This document shows, piece after piece, positions 22,761 to 32,904 of a stretch of 64,000 nt of DNA. Each line of letters begins with the position of its first letter. Position 1 is the stretch's first letter. Under the pieces are notes generated by a model. It was not told the origin of the DNA. It ran no database searches and was given only the letters and a program-made list of their open reading frames with translations. Both the position numbers and the translations under genes were made by a program. This DNA comes from a virus (taxonomy: Duplodnaviria > Caudoviricetes), in IMG/VR virus record IMGVR_UViG_2974630879_000001, positions 1 to 64,000 of that record. One strand, 5' to 3'.

Positions 22761-25178
22761 GTGGAAGTCGCTAACACTGACCGTAAGGTCAACGCTGCAC
22801 TCATTGGTAGTGCCGGTGAATCTCATGCGGTACAGGTTGCGGGCACTCGTGAATTCATCGAGATGCTATCTTCGAATCTGTACTCTCGACCCAAGGAAGC
22901 CATGATCCGTGAGGTTCTCTGCAATGCAGATGACGCTCACAAGGATGCTGGTTATACCGGTCCAATCGAAATCGTCATTGAAGATGACAACACACTGATC
23001 ATCCGTGATCGTGGTCTGGGTATACCGCACGACAAGATGCATCTGATCTACGGTACCTACGGTGGGTCAACCAAGAAGAAAGACAGTATGGCCACCGGTG
23101 GCTTCGGTCTGGGCTGTAAGTCCCCGTGGTCCTACACGGATGCATTCACCGTAGCCAACTGCCATGCCGGAACCAAGACGATCAATACGATGCTGCGAGT
23201 CAGCAACGATCATGGGGGCCTGCCTGCAATCATTCCGATTGCTAACTTCCCTACTGACGAAACCGGTCTTGAAGTTCGTATCGACATCAAGCCGAATGAC
23301 ATTCGAGAAATTCGTGGACTGATAATTAATGCAGTCCACCGTGGTGGCATGAATGCTACCCTCAATGGGGATGTGCTGGACAGGATCGACTATCCAAGTG
23401 ACCAAAGCTATGTGTTCGTTGAGAACAGTCATCTGAATCAAAAGATCATGGTCAAGTACGGTGCCGTGCTTTACCCCGTCGATGATCAAGATGTCTATCG
23501 TGAATTCTACAGAATGATCACTGATTACTTGAATCATGGACAGACACTGATCCTCTTGGCTCCAGCTGATAGTCTGATCATCTCACCCAATCGAGAAAAT
23601 GTTTCGTATCTTGACAAGACTCGTAAGCAGTTGTACTTGCTGTTGCGTGAATTCATGGAAGAGATCAACAAGCGTGCGGAGCCTTATGCACGTCAGCTGA
23701 TTCGAGAGACTAATGCTCTTGAAATTAAGAGCACAAAGCTGGAGTGGCTCAATCAAGTTCATCTAGCTGCTTGGATCAGTCACACCTTTATCAACAGAGG
23801 CAAGAGTAAGCTTGACGTATTCGGTCGAGTGATTCACTCAATGCTGTTGTTGAATTACCCCAAGCAATTTCATAAGGCGAGTCTGAAGCAACGATTCAAA
23901 CTCAGTCAGGAATACGTAAATCCAGGCTGGGAACGTTCTATGCTTCAACAGCTGAAGTATGCAGCTTTGGGGGATCGTAGCCAGCGTAGCAACACTTTCT
24001 TCAAACAAGCTGTGTTTCGATTTATGAGTCTGTCACGACGCATGGGTCTAAGTAATTCTCAGCTTCGCTTTGGCGAACGTGAGCAAATCTACATGCGTGG
24101 ATCGAAGTACAACTTCGGTCGGCATACCAGCACATCTGTGCCGATTGAAGATTTTGTCTACAGAAGTATGCAACAGTTGGATGACCAAATTCCTTGGCTT
24201 CAGCCTGCTGTAGTGCTTACGCATACCATCAAGGGAATTGATGACTCAACTGTTCGTAGTACGCATAGAGCATTCTTTGCTGTTGTCATTCCACGTAGTG
24301 GTCAAAGCCGGTTTAGTATTGCAGATATTAGTGCTTACTATAAAAAAGCTGGGCTATCGGTTCTAGATCTGACTCCCAGTCAGAAGCTACTTACAAAAGC
24401 TAAGGGTGAAACCAAAGCTGTTAAGTATCCGACACTGGGTATGCTTCGAATGATCAAAGCAACTACCTACGGTGACAAGTATATTCTGGAAAAGGCACTG
24501 ACACTTTCAGTAAAAGACAATGGCTGTGAAAAGCCGTTGGCTTATATGAAAATTGCAGCACGTTCTGGAACATACGTCACGTCACCTATTGGTATGCATG
24601 ACGATCACTTCCAAAAGCTTGTGTCATTGATTCATGATGACACTGCAATTGTCACGACAGAAGCTGAGGTCAAGAAGCTGAAGAAGTTAGGTGCAATTGA
24701 CTATCGCCAGATGATCTACGATCAAATTGCAGCTATCTGGGCAGATCCAAAGGTGCGACAGGCGTATGCTTGGAGGCCAAAGGAAGATGGTCATAACGCT
24801 CACGGGCGTAGCATCAGAACATTGACGTCCTACCTCAGCAGTCCTTGGTACCGTAAAACATTTCAGCTTCCTGAAGTTGATTTGAGCAGCAGCATGAAGA
24901 AGAAGTTGAACCTGCTTTACACTTTCGTGCTTGCCTCTCACTGGTTCCTTACTGTTGATGAAGTTGTTAAGGACATTCAGAACATCACGAAGATGATGGC
25001 AGCAATGCGTAACAACAACGAACCATGGAAAGTGAAGTACATGTTCCAGTTCATCGAAACAAACCCACTCTTCCAGGGTAGTGTTAATGTCGATGAAATT
25101 CTCAAACTGAAGTCAATCGCAACTGATCCTAAGCTCATCACTAAGCTGGATCAGATCCTCAAAATCGTCATGGAGTAA
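22761..25178 (+). CDS. rIIA: rIIA-like protein (N-terminal GHKL/HATPase domain)
   Basis: GGAGG RBS plus GTG; IREVLCNADDAH, IRDRGLGI, GGFGLG GHKL boxes; followed by rIIB. Confidence 0.85.
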   Translation: MEVANTDRKVNAALIGSAGESHAVQVAGTREFIEMLSSNLYSRPKEAMIREVLCNADDAHKDAGYTGPIEIVIEDDNTLIIRDRGLGIPHDKMHLIYGTYGGSTKKKDSMATGGFGLGCKSPWSYTDAFTVANCHAGTKTINTMLRVSNDHGGLPAIIPIANFPTDETGLEVRIDIKPNDIREIRGLIINAVHRGGMNATLNGDVLDRIDYPSDQSYVFVENSHLNQKIMVKYGAVLYPVDDQDVYREFYRMITDYLNHGQTLILLAPADSLIISPNRENVSYLDKTRKQLYLLLREFMEEINKRAEPYARQLIRETNALEIKSTKLEWLNQVHLAAWISHTFINRGKSKLDVFGRVIHSMLLLNYPKQFHKASLKQRFKLSQEYVNPGWERSMLQQLKYAALGDRSQRSNTFFKQAVFRFMSLSRRMGLSNSQLRFGEREQIYMRGSKYNFGRHTSTSVPIEDFVYRSMQQLDDQIPWLQPAVVLTHTIKGIDDSTVRSTHRAFFAVVIPRSGQSRFSIADISAYYKKAGLSVLDLTPSQKLLTKAKGETKAVKYPTLGMLRMIKATTYGDKYILEKALTLSVKDNGCEKPLAYMKIAARSGTYVTSPIGMHDDHFQKLVSLIHDDTAIVTTEAEVKKLKKLGAIDYRQMIYDQIAAIWADPKVRQAYAWRPKEDGHNAHGRSIRTLTSYLSSPWYRKTFQLPEVDLSSSMKKKLNLLYTFVLASHWFLTVDEVVKDIQNITKMMAAMRNNNEPWKVKYMFQFIETNPLFQGSVNVDEILKLKSIATDPKLITKLDQILKIVME

Positions 25179-25180
25179 TC

Positions 25181-27193
25181 ATGAAAATTACAGTCGTAGC
25201 AGCCATCCTCAAGGATGACAGCCTTACGCTTGTTACCAATGAGGGCAAGTATCACAAGCTTGCTCAAGGTGACAATCGTCTCCGTCCCATTCTCGACTTG
25301 GTTCTGCCGGAAGTACAAGCCGGCCGTTCAATCGAAGTGGACCTGTCTGGCTCCGTTACCAACGTCTATGAAGACTTCGAAAAGAAGTCGAATGGAGTCG
25401 TCAAGTTCTTCCGCGTTGCTCGCAATGCACTCAAGAAGTGGTTTGGTGACAACAGCCTTGCTGTTTCGGATGGTACCTATGGAACCATTCCGGATACACC
25501 GAAGGAAGTTGATGAGATCGTACAGAAGCTGGAAGCTTCTCCGGAGACTCGTGAAGAGACTCTGGAAGAGATCATCGCCAATTCCAAGCCTGTGACTGGC
25601 CTGGTATTCAACACCGGCAATGCAGAAAAGGAATTGCAGAAAGATGAAACTCTGATTGCCGTTGTTGATGGCAAAGAGATCATCCCGAATGCACAGCATC
25701 TGCATGCTCAGGTAGCTCACGCCAGCAAGCTGGGTAGTCCTACTGCATTCGAAAACTTCGCCCGTCTGGTAACAGCGGTGAAGCGTCAACACTCGATGGA
25801 TGATCTGGTTGCTTTCATTAGCAAACTCGATACGCCACTGACCGAAGACGGTTACGTTTTGGCTTACAAGAACCTGTCGGCAACTGCTGATATTGGTGTC
25901 TATGTCGATCCGTACACCAAGAAGGTCAAGCAGCGTGTAGGTACTCGTGTCTGCATGAGTGAATCACTGGTCGATCCGAATCGTGGTCAAGACTGTTCCA
26001 ACGGTCTGCACGTGGCTAGCCGGTCATACCTGGGTAGCTATACCAGCAATGGTGGTACGTTCCTGATTCGTATCAAGCCCAGCGATGTCATTGCTGTGCC
26101 GAAGTACAACACGAACAAGATGCGCGTCTGTGCTTACGAAATCCTGGGTCGTCTGAACACTGAAGATGCACGTGCTGTGTGCAGCAACCGTCCAATGCAA
26201 ACTGATGAAGGCAAGCGTTTGCTGGCAGCAGCTGTGTCTGGTAAAACGGTAGCTATCACCAACCAAGTTGAGATCACTGCATCTCATGGTGGTGGCTGCA
26301 TCTATACCGAGATCGGTGAAAGGGTTGAGTCTCGTGTATTCGAACGCGATACCCTGGAAGATCTGGGTATGGTCGATCCTATCGATCCGGATGCATCGTC
26401 AGACTGTTCGGCTCCAGCTGTTCCGGTCGAAGAAGTTGTTGAAGCACTGGAAGTCACCAACCTGACTCGTAAGGAAGCTGCTGCTGTACTGCATGCTGCC
26501 TGGGCTAAGTTGGTGAACGACAAGGCAGATGACAGCAAGGTCGAAGAAGCCTACAAGCAGCTGGTCGAATTCAAGCAGCGTGCCAAGGTCTCCTGGGCAA
26601 AGCTGGGTGTCCCATATCGTGGGAGCTACCCAGTTGCTGACTTCAATCCTGATGATGTCCCTGAAATCGAACCTGCCAAGGTTGCTGAGCAGTTCGATCA
26701 GGCAGCAGCCCCGGAAGAGCGTGACGAAGATGCTGATGCAGAGGAATTGAATAATCTTCTGCAAGATTTCAATGATGCAGCTCCTCACAGCAAGGATGAG
26801 TACGAAGTTGGAACTAAGCTGATCAAGCTGTTTAAGGACTATGGCTTTGCCTGGGACGAAGACGGTGAAAACATGCTCCTGGACTTTGACGAAGCAGACT
26901 TGAGCAGCGTCAGCTTTACTGTAGCTAAGTATGAACAAGCTCAGCTTCGTGAAAAGCTGGCACCCTCTGAAACGCCTTCTAAGGCCGACGAAGGTGCAGC
27001 TGCCACTACCGTACCGGCTGATGGTGGAACGCCTCGTCAGCGTATCCGGGCGCTGCTTGCCAAGGGTCCATTGACCGTAGGCACGGCCAAGGAAATCGTG
27101 GCTATCAAGAAGGCAGCAAAGAAGAGCTGGTCAGCCCTCGGCGTCAACGGCGATGAGTCGTACGACATCGAGCAGCAGGCCACTGGTCAGTAA
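25181..27193 (+). CDS. rIIB: rIIB-like protein
   Basis: LTEDGYVLAYK, DPNRGQDCSNGLHV, IKPSDVIAVPKYN..KMRVCAYE. Confidence 0.85.
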   Translation: MKITVVAAILKDDSLTLVTNEGKYHKLAQGDNRLRPILDLVLPEVQAGRSIEVDLSGSVTNVYEDFEKKSNGVVKFFRVARNALKKWFGDNSLAVSDGTYGTIPDTPKEVDEIVQKLEASPETREETLEEIIANSKPVTGLVFNTGNAEKELQKDETLIAVVDGKEIIPNAQHLHAQVAHASKLGSPTAFENFARLVTAVKRQHSMDDLVAFISKLDTPLTEDGYVLAYKNLSATADIGVYVDPYTKKVKQRVGTRVCMSESLVDPNRGQDCSNGLHVASRSYLGSYTSNGGTFLIRIKPSDVIAVPKYNTNKMRVCAYEILGRLNTEDARAVCSNRPMQTDEGKRLLAAAVSGKTVAITNQVEITASHGGGCIYTEIGERVESRVFERDTLEDLGMVDPIDPDASSDCSAPAVPVEEVVEALEVTNLTRKEAAAVLHAAWAKLVNDKADDSKVEEAYKQLVEFKQRAKVSWAKLGVPYRGSYPVADFNPDDVPEIEPAKVAEQFDQAAAPEERDEDADAEELNNLLQDFNDAAPHSKDEYEVGTKLIKLFKDYGFAWDEDGENMLLDFDEADLSSVSFTVAKYEQAQLREKLAPSETPSKADEGAAATTVPADGGTPRQRIRALLAKGPLTVGTAKEIVAIKKAAKKSWSALGVNGDESYDIEQQATGQ

Positions 27194-27259
27194 GGTTCCT
27201 ACCAAGACACCCTCAGTTCAAGTTATACTGAGGGTGTCTCAATCACAGGAACCAAGGGG

Positions 27260-27619
27260 ATGAGTAACGTCCTTCGTGTCAACCGCAAGGCTACCGATGG
27301 CGATATCGTTCGCTTGAATGCCTGCGGATTCTCTCTCAAGACCATCGGTCAGATGCTCGGAATCCATCCGACCACTGTCACTATCCGGCTTCATGCTCTA
27401 GGAGTTCCCCCTGCGGATACTCGGCGATCCTTCATGGAAGCCGTTTTCTCGGGGCTGGACGCCGCACAGCAGGAGTGGCTGGCCGATCAACTCAACGCTG
27501 GTGTATCCGTCAAGGACTACATCACCAAACTGGTTATCAACGCACATGGACAACAGCAACAATCTGCTGGCAACACTCAACTGGTTTCGCATAGCGAAGC
27601 CGAGTCCGACGCAGCGTGA
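27260..27619 (+). CDS. Helix-turn-helix protein
   Basis: FSLKTIGQMLGIHPTTVTIRL HTH. Confidence 0.7.
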   Translation: MSNVLRVNRKATDGDIVRLNACGFSLKTIGQMLGIHPTTVTIRLHALGVPPADTRRSFMEAVFSGLDAAQQEWLADQLNAGVSVKDYITKLVINAHGQQQQSAGNTQLVSHSEAESDAA

Positions 27620-28001
27620 CATCATTGTCCAGACTGGCGTGCACTTCGAAGAAGTGACCGAACATCTGGACACGGTGACAGGCAACGATGTGGAAACATC
27701 ACTGCTGGTCATGGAAGCAAAGGATGCACTTAAGCGTCTGGCTGATCATATGAAGAGTGAACCAATTCGCTACTCATACCAGCCGGAAGATCATCTCGAA
27801 CTACTGGACGCTTTGTGCGATCAGAACGTCACTGGTGTAGGCATTGCTTACATGCTGGGCTTCGAATTCAATGGTGCAATGACTGAAGTCAATGGCTCCA
27901 ACTTCTCCAAGTTCGTCAACGGTGAAGCAATCTTTACCGAGCAAGGCAAGATTGCCAAGGGGCCGGACTTCTTCCGCCCTGACCTCGGACCATATCTGTA
28001 A
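27546..28001 (+). CDS. MazG-like NTP pyrophosphohydrolase
   Basis: HFEEVTE, LLDALCD, EVNGSNFSKF, GKIAKGPDFFRPDL. Confidence 0.75.
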   Translation: MDNSNNLLATLNWFRIAKPSPTQRDIIVQTGVHFEEVTEHLDTVTGNDVETSLLVMEAKDALKRLADHMKSEPIRYSYQPEDHLELLDALCDQNVTGVGIAYMLGFEFNGAMTEVNGSNFSKFVNGEAIFTEQGKIAKGPDFFRPDLGPYL

Positions 28002-28017
28002 AGCAACTATAATACAT

Positions 28018-28045
28018 AGCCCCTCAATAGAGGGGCTTTCTATTT
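28018..28045 (+). terminator. Rho-independent terminator
   Basis: AGCCCCTC-AATA-GAGGGGCT-TTCTATTT. Confidence 0.75.
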
Positions 28046-28058
28046 AACGGAGTGACCC

Positions 28059-29363
28059 ATGGAAACACCTCAGCGCCTACCCCTGAACCAGGGACAGCAA
28101 GCCGCTGCTGACGGCTTCTTCAGCTTTCTGCTGAATGATCAGCACAAAGAATTGATCATCAGTGGTCCTGGTGGAGTCGGAAAGACGTTCACCATGGGTC
28201 ACATGATCGATGAAGTGATGCCAACCTATTTCGACGCATGTCAGTTGGCTAACATCAAGCCGAAGTACGACGAAGTTGTCATGACGGCAACTACCAACAA
28301 AGCTGCTGCCGTGCTGGCAGAAGCAACCGGTCGTCCTACTCAGACTGTCCATTCTTATTTTGACCTTACGGTCAAAGAGAATTTCCGTACAGGTGAGACT
28401 GATATCCAACGCAAACGCAATTGGTCGATGAAAGAACGGACCATCATCTTCATTGACGAATGCTCAATGATTGATCGTGATTTGTATCGTGAGATCAAAG
28501 ACGGTTCGCTTAACAGCAAGATCGTTTACGTTGGTGACCACAACCAGCTGGCTCCGATTAAGGAACCAATCTCTCCGATCTACAATCAGCGTCTTCCGTT
28601 CTATGAACTGACGCAGCCGATGCGTACTAACAATCCGGATCTGCAAGCATTAAACCAACAGCTGCGTGACACTGTTGAGACTGGAATCTTCAAGCCCATC
28701 AAGCTGATTCCTGGTGTGATTGATGAGTACAGTGGTAGCCAAATGGAACATGCATTCATTCAAGAGTTCAGTCATCAAACTCGTGATGCACGAGTCATGG
28801 CTTACACCAATGCACGAGTGAATCAGTACAACGAATACATTCGTGGTCTTCGTGGAATCAGTGGTCCATACCAGCCGGGTGAACTACTGGTTTCTAACTC
28901 AGCTACTCAGCTGGGTGACGGTGTTGCACTGTCCGTTGAAGAAGAAGTTGAAGTAATCAATACTTCACTGAAGCCTAGCCCCTCATACATTGATGATGGT
29001 GTCTATCTCGATGTGTATCACGTCGATCTGGAATCGACCTACGGCTATTATGCCGGCGTTATGGTTCCAGCTGATCGTGATCATTGGGATCGACTGATCA
29101 AGTACTACGCCAAAGAAAAGAACTGGGTGAAGTACTTCCACCTCAAGAACATGTATGCCGATCTGCGTCCACGTGATGCATGCACTGTGCACAAAGCACA
29201 GGGTGGTACATACAAGCATGCCTACGTTGATTTGGATGACATCAGTCAATGTCGTGATCCAAAGGTAGTGGCACGCCTGCTGTACGTAGCTTTCAGCCGA
29301 GCCAAGGAACGAGTAATCGTATACGGAGATCTGTCTGAAAAGTTCGGTGGACTTGTGAGGTGA
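28059..29363 (+). CDS. SF1 DNA helicase (Dda/RecD-like)
   Basis: GPGGVGKT, FIDECSM, VGDHNQL, TVHKAQG, YVAFSRA. Confidence 0.9.
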   Translation: METPQRLPLNQGQQAAADGFFSFLLNDQHKELIISGPGGVGKTFTMGHMIDEVMPTYFDACQLANIKPKYDEVVMTATTNKAAAVLAEATGRPTQTVHSYFDLTVKENFRTGETDIQRKRNWSMKERTIIFIDECSMIDRDLYREIKDGSLNSKIVYVGDHNQLAPIKEPISPIYNQRLPFYELTQPMRTNNPDLQALNQQLRDTVETGIFKPIKLIPGVIDEYSGSQMEHAFIQEFSHQTRDARVMAYTNARVNQYNEYIRGLRGISGPYQPGELLVSNSATQLGDGVALSVEEEVEVINTSLKPSPSYIDDGVYLDVYHVDLESTYGYYAGVMVPADRDHWDRLIKYYAKEKNWVKYFHLKNMYADLRPRDACTVHKAQGGTYKHAYVDLDDISQCRDPKVVARLLYVAFSRAKERVIVYGDLSEKFGGLVR

Positions 29364-29366
29364 TGT

Positions 29367-29894
29367 ATGGCTCAAACAGGAAAAGTAAATCCGAATGTAA
29401 AGATGATGTTTCAGATTGAAATTCTTGAAGCATTGAATGCACCAGAGGAACGTCGTATTGATCGTGAGATTTCTGAGATCAATCGACTCAATGGTGAAAT
29501 CAAAAAGATACTTAACCCAACTGGCTATGCCTACTTGGGTCAAGTGTTTACAACACAAGAGTTCAAACGTGTTGCTGGTAAGAATGGCTGGCCACAGCTG
29601 GACATATCTCTCTGGGATCGTGCTCACGCTGTGCTCGAAGATCAGAAAGCTGTCATGGGTCGGCTGGCAGCTGTACGTCAATACATAGCACTTGTGCTGA
29701 CTATAGACATGACTGGCGAAGATCGACGTAATCTGATTCCTGACTACATTGCATCATTAGCTAACATCACAAAAAACATTCCTCGTACTGAAGATATCGA
29801 AGCAGTCTTGCTTCGGTTTCCTAAGATCGAAAAGCATTACAAGCTTGTCGAACAAACGATGGCTGTCTTGGCAGCAGGGCAATTGATCTACTAG
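29367..29894 (+). CDS. Hypothetical protein between helicase and polymerase
   Basis: GAGGTG RBS; N4-like synteny. Confidence 0.7.
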   Translation: MAQTGKVNPNVKMMFQIEILEALNAPEERRIDREISEINRLNGEIKKILNPTGYAYLGQVFTTQEFKRVAGKNGWPQLDISLWDRAHAVLEDQKAVMGRLAAVRQYIALVLTIDMTGEDRRNLIPDYIASLANITKNIPRTEDIEAVLLRFPKIEKHYKLVEQTMAVLAAGQLIY

Positions 29895-29902
29895 GAGATG
29901 CC

Positions 29903-32539
29903 ATGCGTTATCTCACATTCCAGCAGCACACTTCGGGCTACCCAGTGTGCTTCCTGGTTCCTACGATTGACAAGGAAGCAATCAGGCGTGAGTACATCAC
30001 GCCGTTCAATCTCAAGGAAGAAGAGGTACTGGTGTTGACTTCACACCACAGTACTGAAAAGAAAAAAACTCCTGCTGCTGAAATGAAAGAGTACATTCAG
30101 ACGATGTTGGCTGAGGTACTCAATGACAACAATGTGCAATACATAGTTGTCAACGACAGCGAATACTTCAAGGTACTGACCAAGAGTCAGTCCTCTGAAG
30201 CAAGTCTAGGCTACGTCGTGGACTGCGTATTTGGTCCATGGAAAGTTGTATACGTGCCTAGCTTTAAAGCGGTGTTCTATGATCCTTCAAAGATCAGACA
30301 CAAGATTGCCATGGGCATGAGAGCTTTGGTTGATCATCGATCATCAGACTACATAGCTCCTGGCTCAGACATCATTGAGTTCGAACACTATCCAGAATCC
30401 TATGAAGACATCAAGTTCGCACTTGAGAAGCTCTTGGAGATGGACTGTGATCTCACTGCGGATATCGAAGCATTCGATCTCAAGCATGACAAGGCTGGTA
30501 TCGGCACGATCTCGTTTGCCTGGAACCAACACGAAGGTATTGCCTTCTTGGTGGACTGGAAAGAACTTACTACGCAGGGACCAATCTTTGGTATCAATGC
30601 TAGGAATGATCCTGTTCGAAGACTACTGGCAGACTTCTTTAAGAAGTTCCAGAAGACCGGTCACAAGATGATCTGGCACAACATCGCTTTCGATGCCTAC
30701 GTGCTGGTGTATCAGTTGTTTATGGAACATCTGATCGACACAGCAGGTCTACTCGATGGCTTGGAAATCATGCTGACCAATTGGCATGACACTAAGCTGA
30801 TCACCTACCTCGCAACAAATAGCTGTTCAGGAAACAAACTTGGTCTGAAGGAACAAGCTCTGGAGTACTCTGGCAACTATGCTGTCGAGTCAATCAAAGA
30901 TATCACTAGGATTCCTAAGCAGAAGCTGCTTCGTTACAACCTAGTTGATAGTCTTTCCACTTGGTTCGTATTCAACAAGTGGTACCAGAAGATGATCGAT
31001 GATGATCAACTGGATATCTACGAGAACCTGTTTCAACCCAGCATTGTAGACATCGTTCAAATGCAGTTGACTGGCTTGCCTGTCAACATGAAGACAGTGC
31101 AGAAGGTCAAAGTGATATTGGAAGCTGATGAGCTGAAAGCTCGTGAGCAGATCAATAGCACTAAAGTGATTCAGCAATACAACTATCGTCGTCTCGAAGC
31201 TTACGTCGAACGTAAGAATAAAGAGTGGAAGAAAAAACGAACAACGATTGTTGAAACACTCGAAGAAAGCAAGACAAATGAAACGATCCGAGAAAAGATT
31301 ACGTTTAATCCTGACTCTCCTAACCAGTTGCAAGACTTGTTGTTCAATATGCTGGGCTTACCTGTCATTGAACTTACCAAGACTAAGCAACCGGCAACAG
31401 GAGCCAAGACAATCAAGGCACTCCTGAATCACACGAAAGATCCTGACGTGTTGGAGTTCCTAAGCGGATTGCTGGACTTCAGCTCCGTTAACAAAATCTT
31501 GACTAGCTTCATACCTGCACTTCTTAATGCATCAGAAGGTCCGGATGGTTGGCATTACCTGTTCGGTAATTTCAATCTAGGCGGCACTGTCTCTGGACGC
31601 TTGTCCAGTAGCAATCCGAACTTGCAGAACTTGCCTGCTAATTCCAAGTATGCGAAGTACATCAAGATGTGTATCGAAGCACCCCCAGGCTGGTTGTTCT
31701 GTGGGTTGGATTTCGCATCACTAGAAGATCGCATTAGCGCACTGACAACCAAAGATCCAGAGAAGCTGAAGGTCTATACCGATGGCTACGATGGACATGC
31801 AATGCGAGCATTCGCATATTGGGGTGATCAGATGCCCGGTGTAATCAATACCGTAGAGGGTATCAATGCACTGGCAGACAAGAAGCATCCGTACTTTTAT
31901 CTCCGTCAAGCATCCAAGGCTCCGACCTTTGCACTGACCTATGCAGGGACTTTCAAGACCCTGATGAAGAACTGTGGTTTCAGCGAGGAGGAGGCCAAGA
32001 AAATCGAAGCCAACTTCAAGAAGCTGTACCAAGTTTCGATCCAGTGGGTCAGTCAAAAACTTGACGACGCTAGCCGCAATGGCTACATCACAGCAGCCTT
32101 CGGGCTGCGAGTACGTACACCCCTACTGGCTCAGGTCATCCGAGGCAACAGCAGGACGCCTCACGAGGCTGAGGCAGAGGGTCGGACAGCAGGCAATGCC
32201 CTTGGGCAAAGCTGGTGTCTACTGAACAGCCGAGCCTGGAAGGAATTCATGGGCAAGGTTCGTGAATCGCAGTACAGACTGGACATTCGTCCCTGTGCCC
32301 AGATTCACGATGCAGGCTATGCCCTGATCCGTGAGGATCTCGGGGCCGTGGCTTACGCCAACAAGCATCTTGTGAAGGCAGTACAATGGCAAGACCACCC
32401 AGACATCTGGCATGATCAGGTTAAGTTGGGTGGGGAACTCGGGATCTTCTACCCCAACTGGACGACCGAGATCACGATTGCCAATGGAGCCAATGAGGAG
32501 GAGATCTACTCCACCGTCAACAAGGCACTGGCGGCGTAA
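29903..32539 (+). CDS. Family A DNA polymerase
   Basis: Exo I ADIEAF, TVSGRLSS, motif A LDFASLEDR, motif B RQASKAPTFALTYAG, motif C QIHDA; no intein or intron seen. Confidence 0.95.
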   Translation: MRYLTFQQHTSGYPVCFLVPTIDKEAIRREYITPFNLKEEEVLVLTSHHSTEKKKTPAAEMKEYIQTMLAEVLNDNNVQYIVVNDSEYFKVLTKSQSSEASLGYVVDCVFGPWKVVYVPSFKAVFYDPSKIRHKIAMGMRALVDHRSSDYIAPGSDIIEFEHYPESYEDIKFALEKLLEMDCDLTADIEAFDLKHDKAGIGTISFAWNQHEGIAFLVDWKELTTQGPIFGINARNDPVRRLLADFFKKFQKTGHKMIWHNIAFDAYVLVYQLFMEHLIDTAGLLDGLEIMLTNWHDTKLITYLATNSCSGNKLGLKEQALEYSGNYAVESIKDITRIPKQKLLRYNLVDSLSTWFVFNKWYQKMIDDDQLDIYENLFQPSIVDIVQMQLTGLPVNMKTVQKVKVILEADELKAREQINSTKVIQQYNYRRLEAYVERKNKEWKKKRTTIVETLEESKTNETIREKITFNPDSPNQLQDLLFNMLGLPVIELTKTKQPATGAKTIKALLNHTKDPDVLEFLSGLLDFSSVNKILTSFIPALLNASEGPDGWHYLFGNFNLGGTVSGRLSSSNPNLQNLPANSKYAKYIKMCIEAPPGWLFCGLDFASLEDRISALTTKDPEKLKVYTDGYDGHAMRAFAYWGDQMPGVINTVEGINALADKKHPYFYLRQASKAPTFALTYAGTFKTLMKNCGFSEEEAKKIEANFKKLYQVSIQWVSQKLDDASRNGYITAAFGLRVRTPLLAQVIRGNSRTPHEAEAEGRTAGNALGQSWCLLNSRAWKEFMGKVRESQYRLDIRPCAQIHDAGYALIREDLGAVAYANKHLVKAVQWQDHPDIWHDQVKLGGELGIFYPNWTTEITIANGANEEEIYSTVNKALAA

Positions 32540-32559
32540 CCTTCTATCAGGGAAAAGCC

Positions 32560-32904
32560 ATGTGCAACTGCAATTCTCAGACTATCTGTTTCAAGCGAGG
32601 CTCTACCTTCGCTTTCATGTTTGAGGTTCCAGCAGAAGTACCAGACGGCTTTTTCCGCAATTGGCTTCCCAAAGCTCAGTTGCGGAAAAGCCGATCTGAT
32701 TCGGAGCGAGGGTTGATTTCAAACCTCGCCTGCTACTGGAACGACGAAGTAAAGGCACGACAGATTATTGTTCGTCAGCTCGACACAGAACACTTCCCGT
32801 TGGGAGAAGCTGAGTTGGATATCCGACTTGAATCTTCTAATGGCGAAGCGATTCACACCAGCACCATCATCATCAAAATTGAACGAGGCATCACCAATGG
32901 CTGA
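32560..32904 (+). CDS. Putative fibre adaptor / beta-sandwich structural protein
   Basis: KRGSTF...AQLR...ELDIRL...HTSTIIIKIERGIT; overlaps the collagen fibre gene. Confidence 0.55.
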   Translation: MCNCNSQTICFKRGSTFAFMFEVPAEVPDGFFRNWLPKAQLRKSRSDSERGLISNLACYWNDEVKARQIIVRQLDTEHFPLGEAELDIRLESSNGEAIHTSTIIIKIERGITNG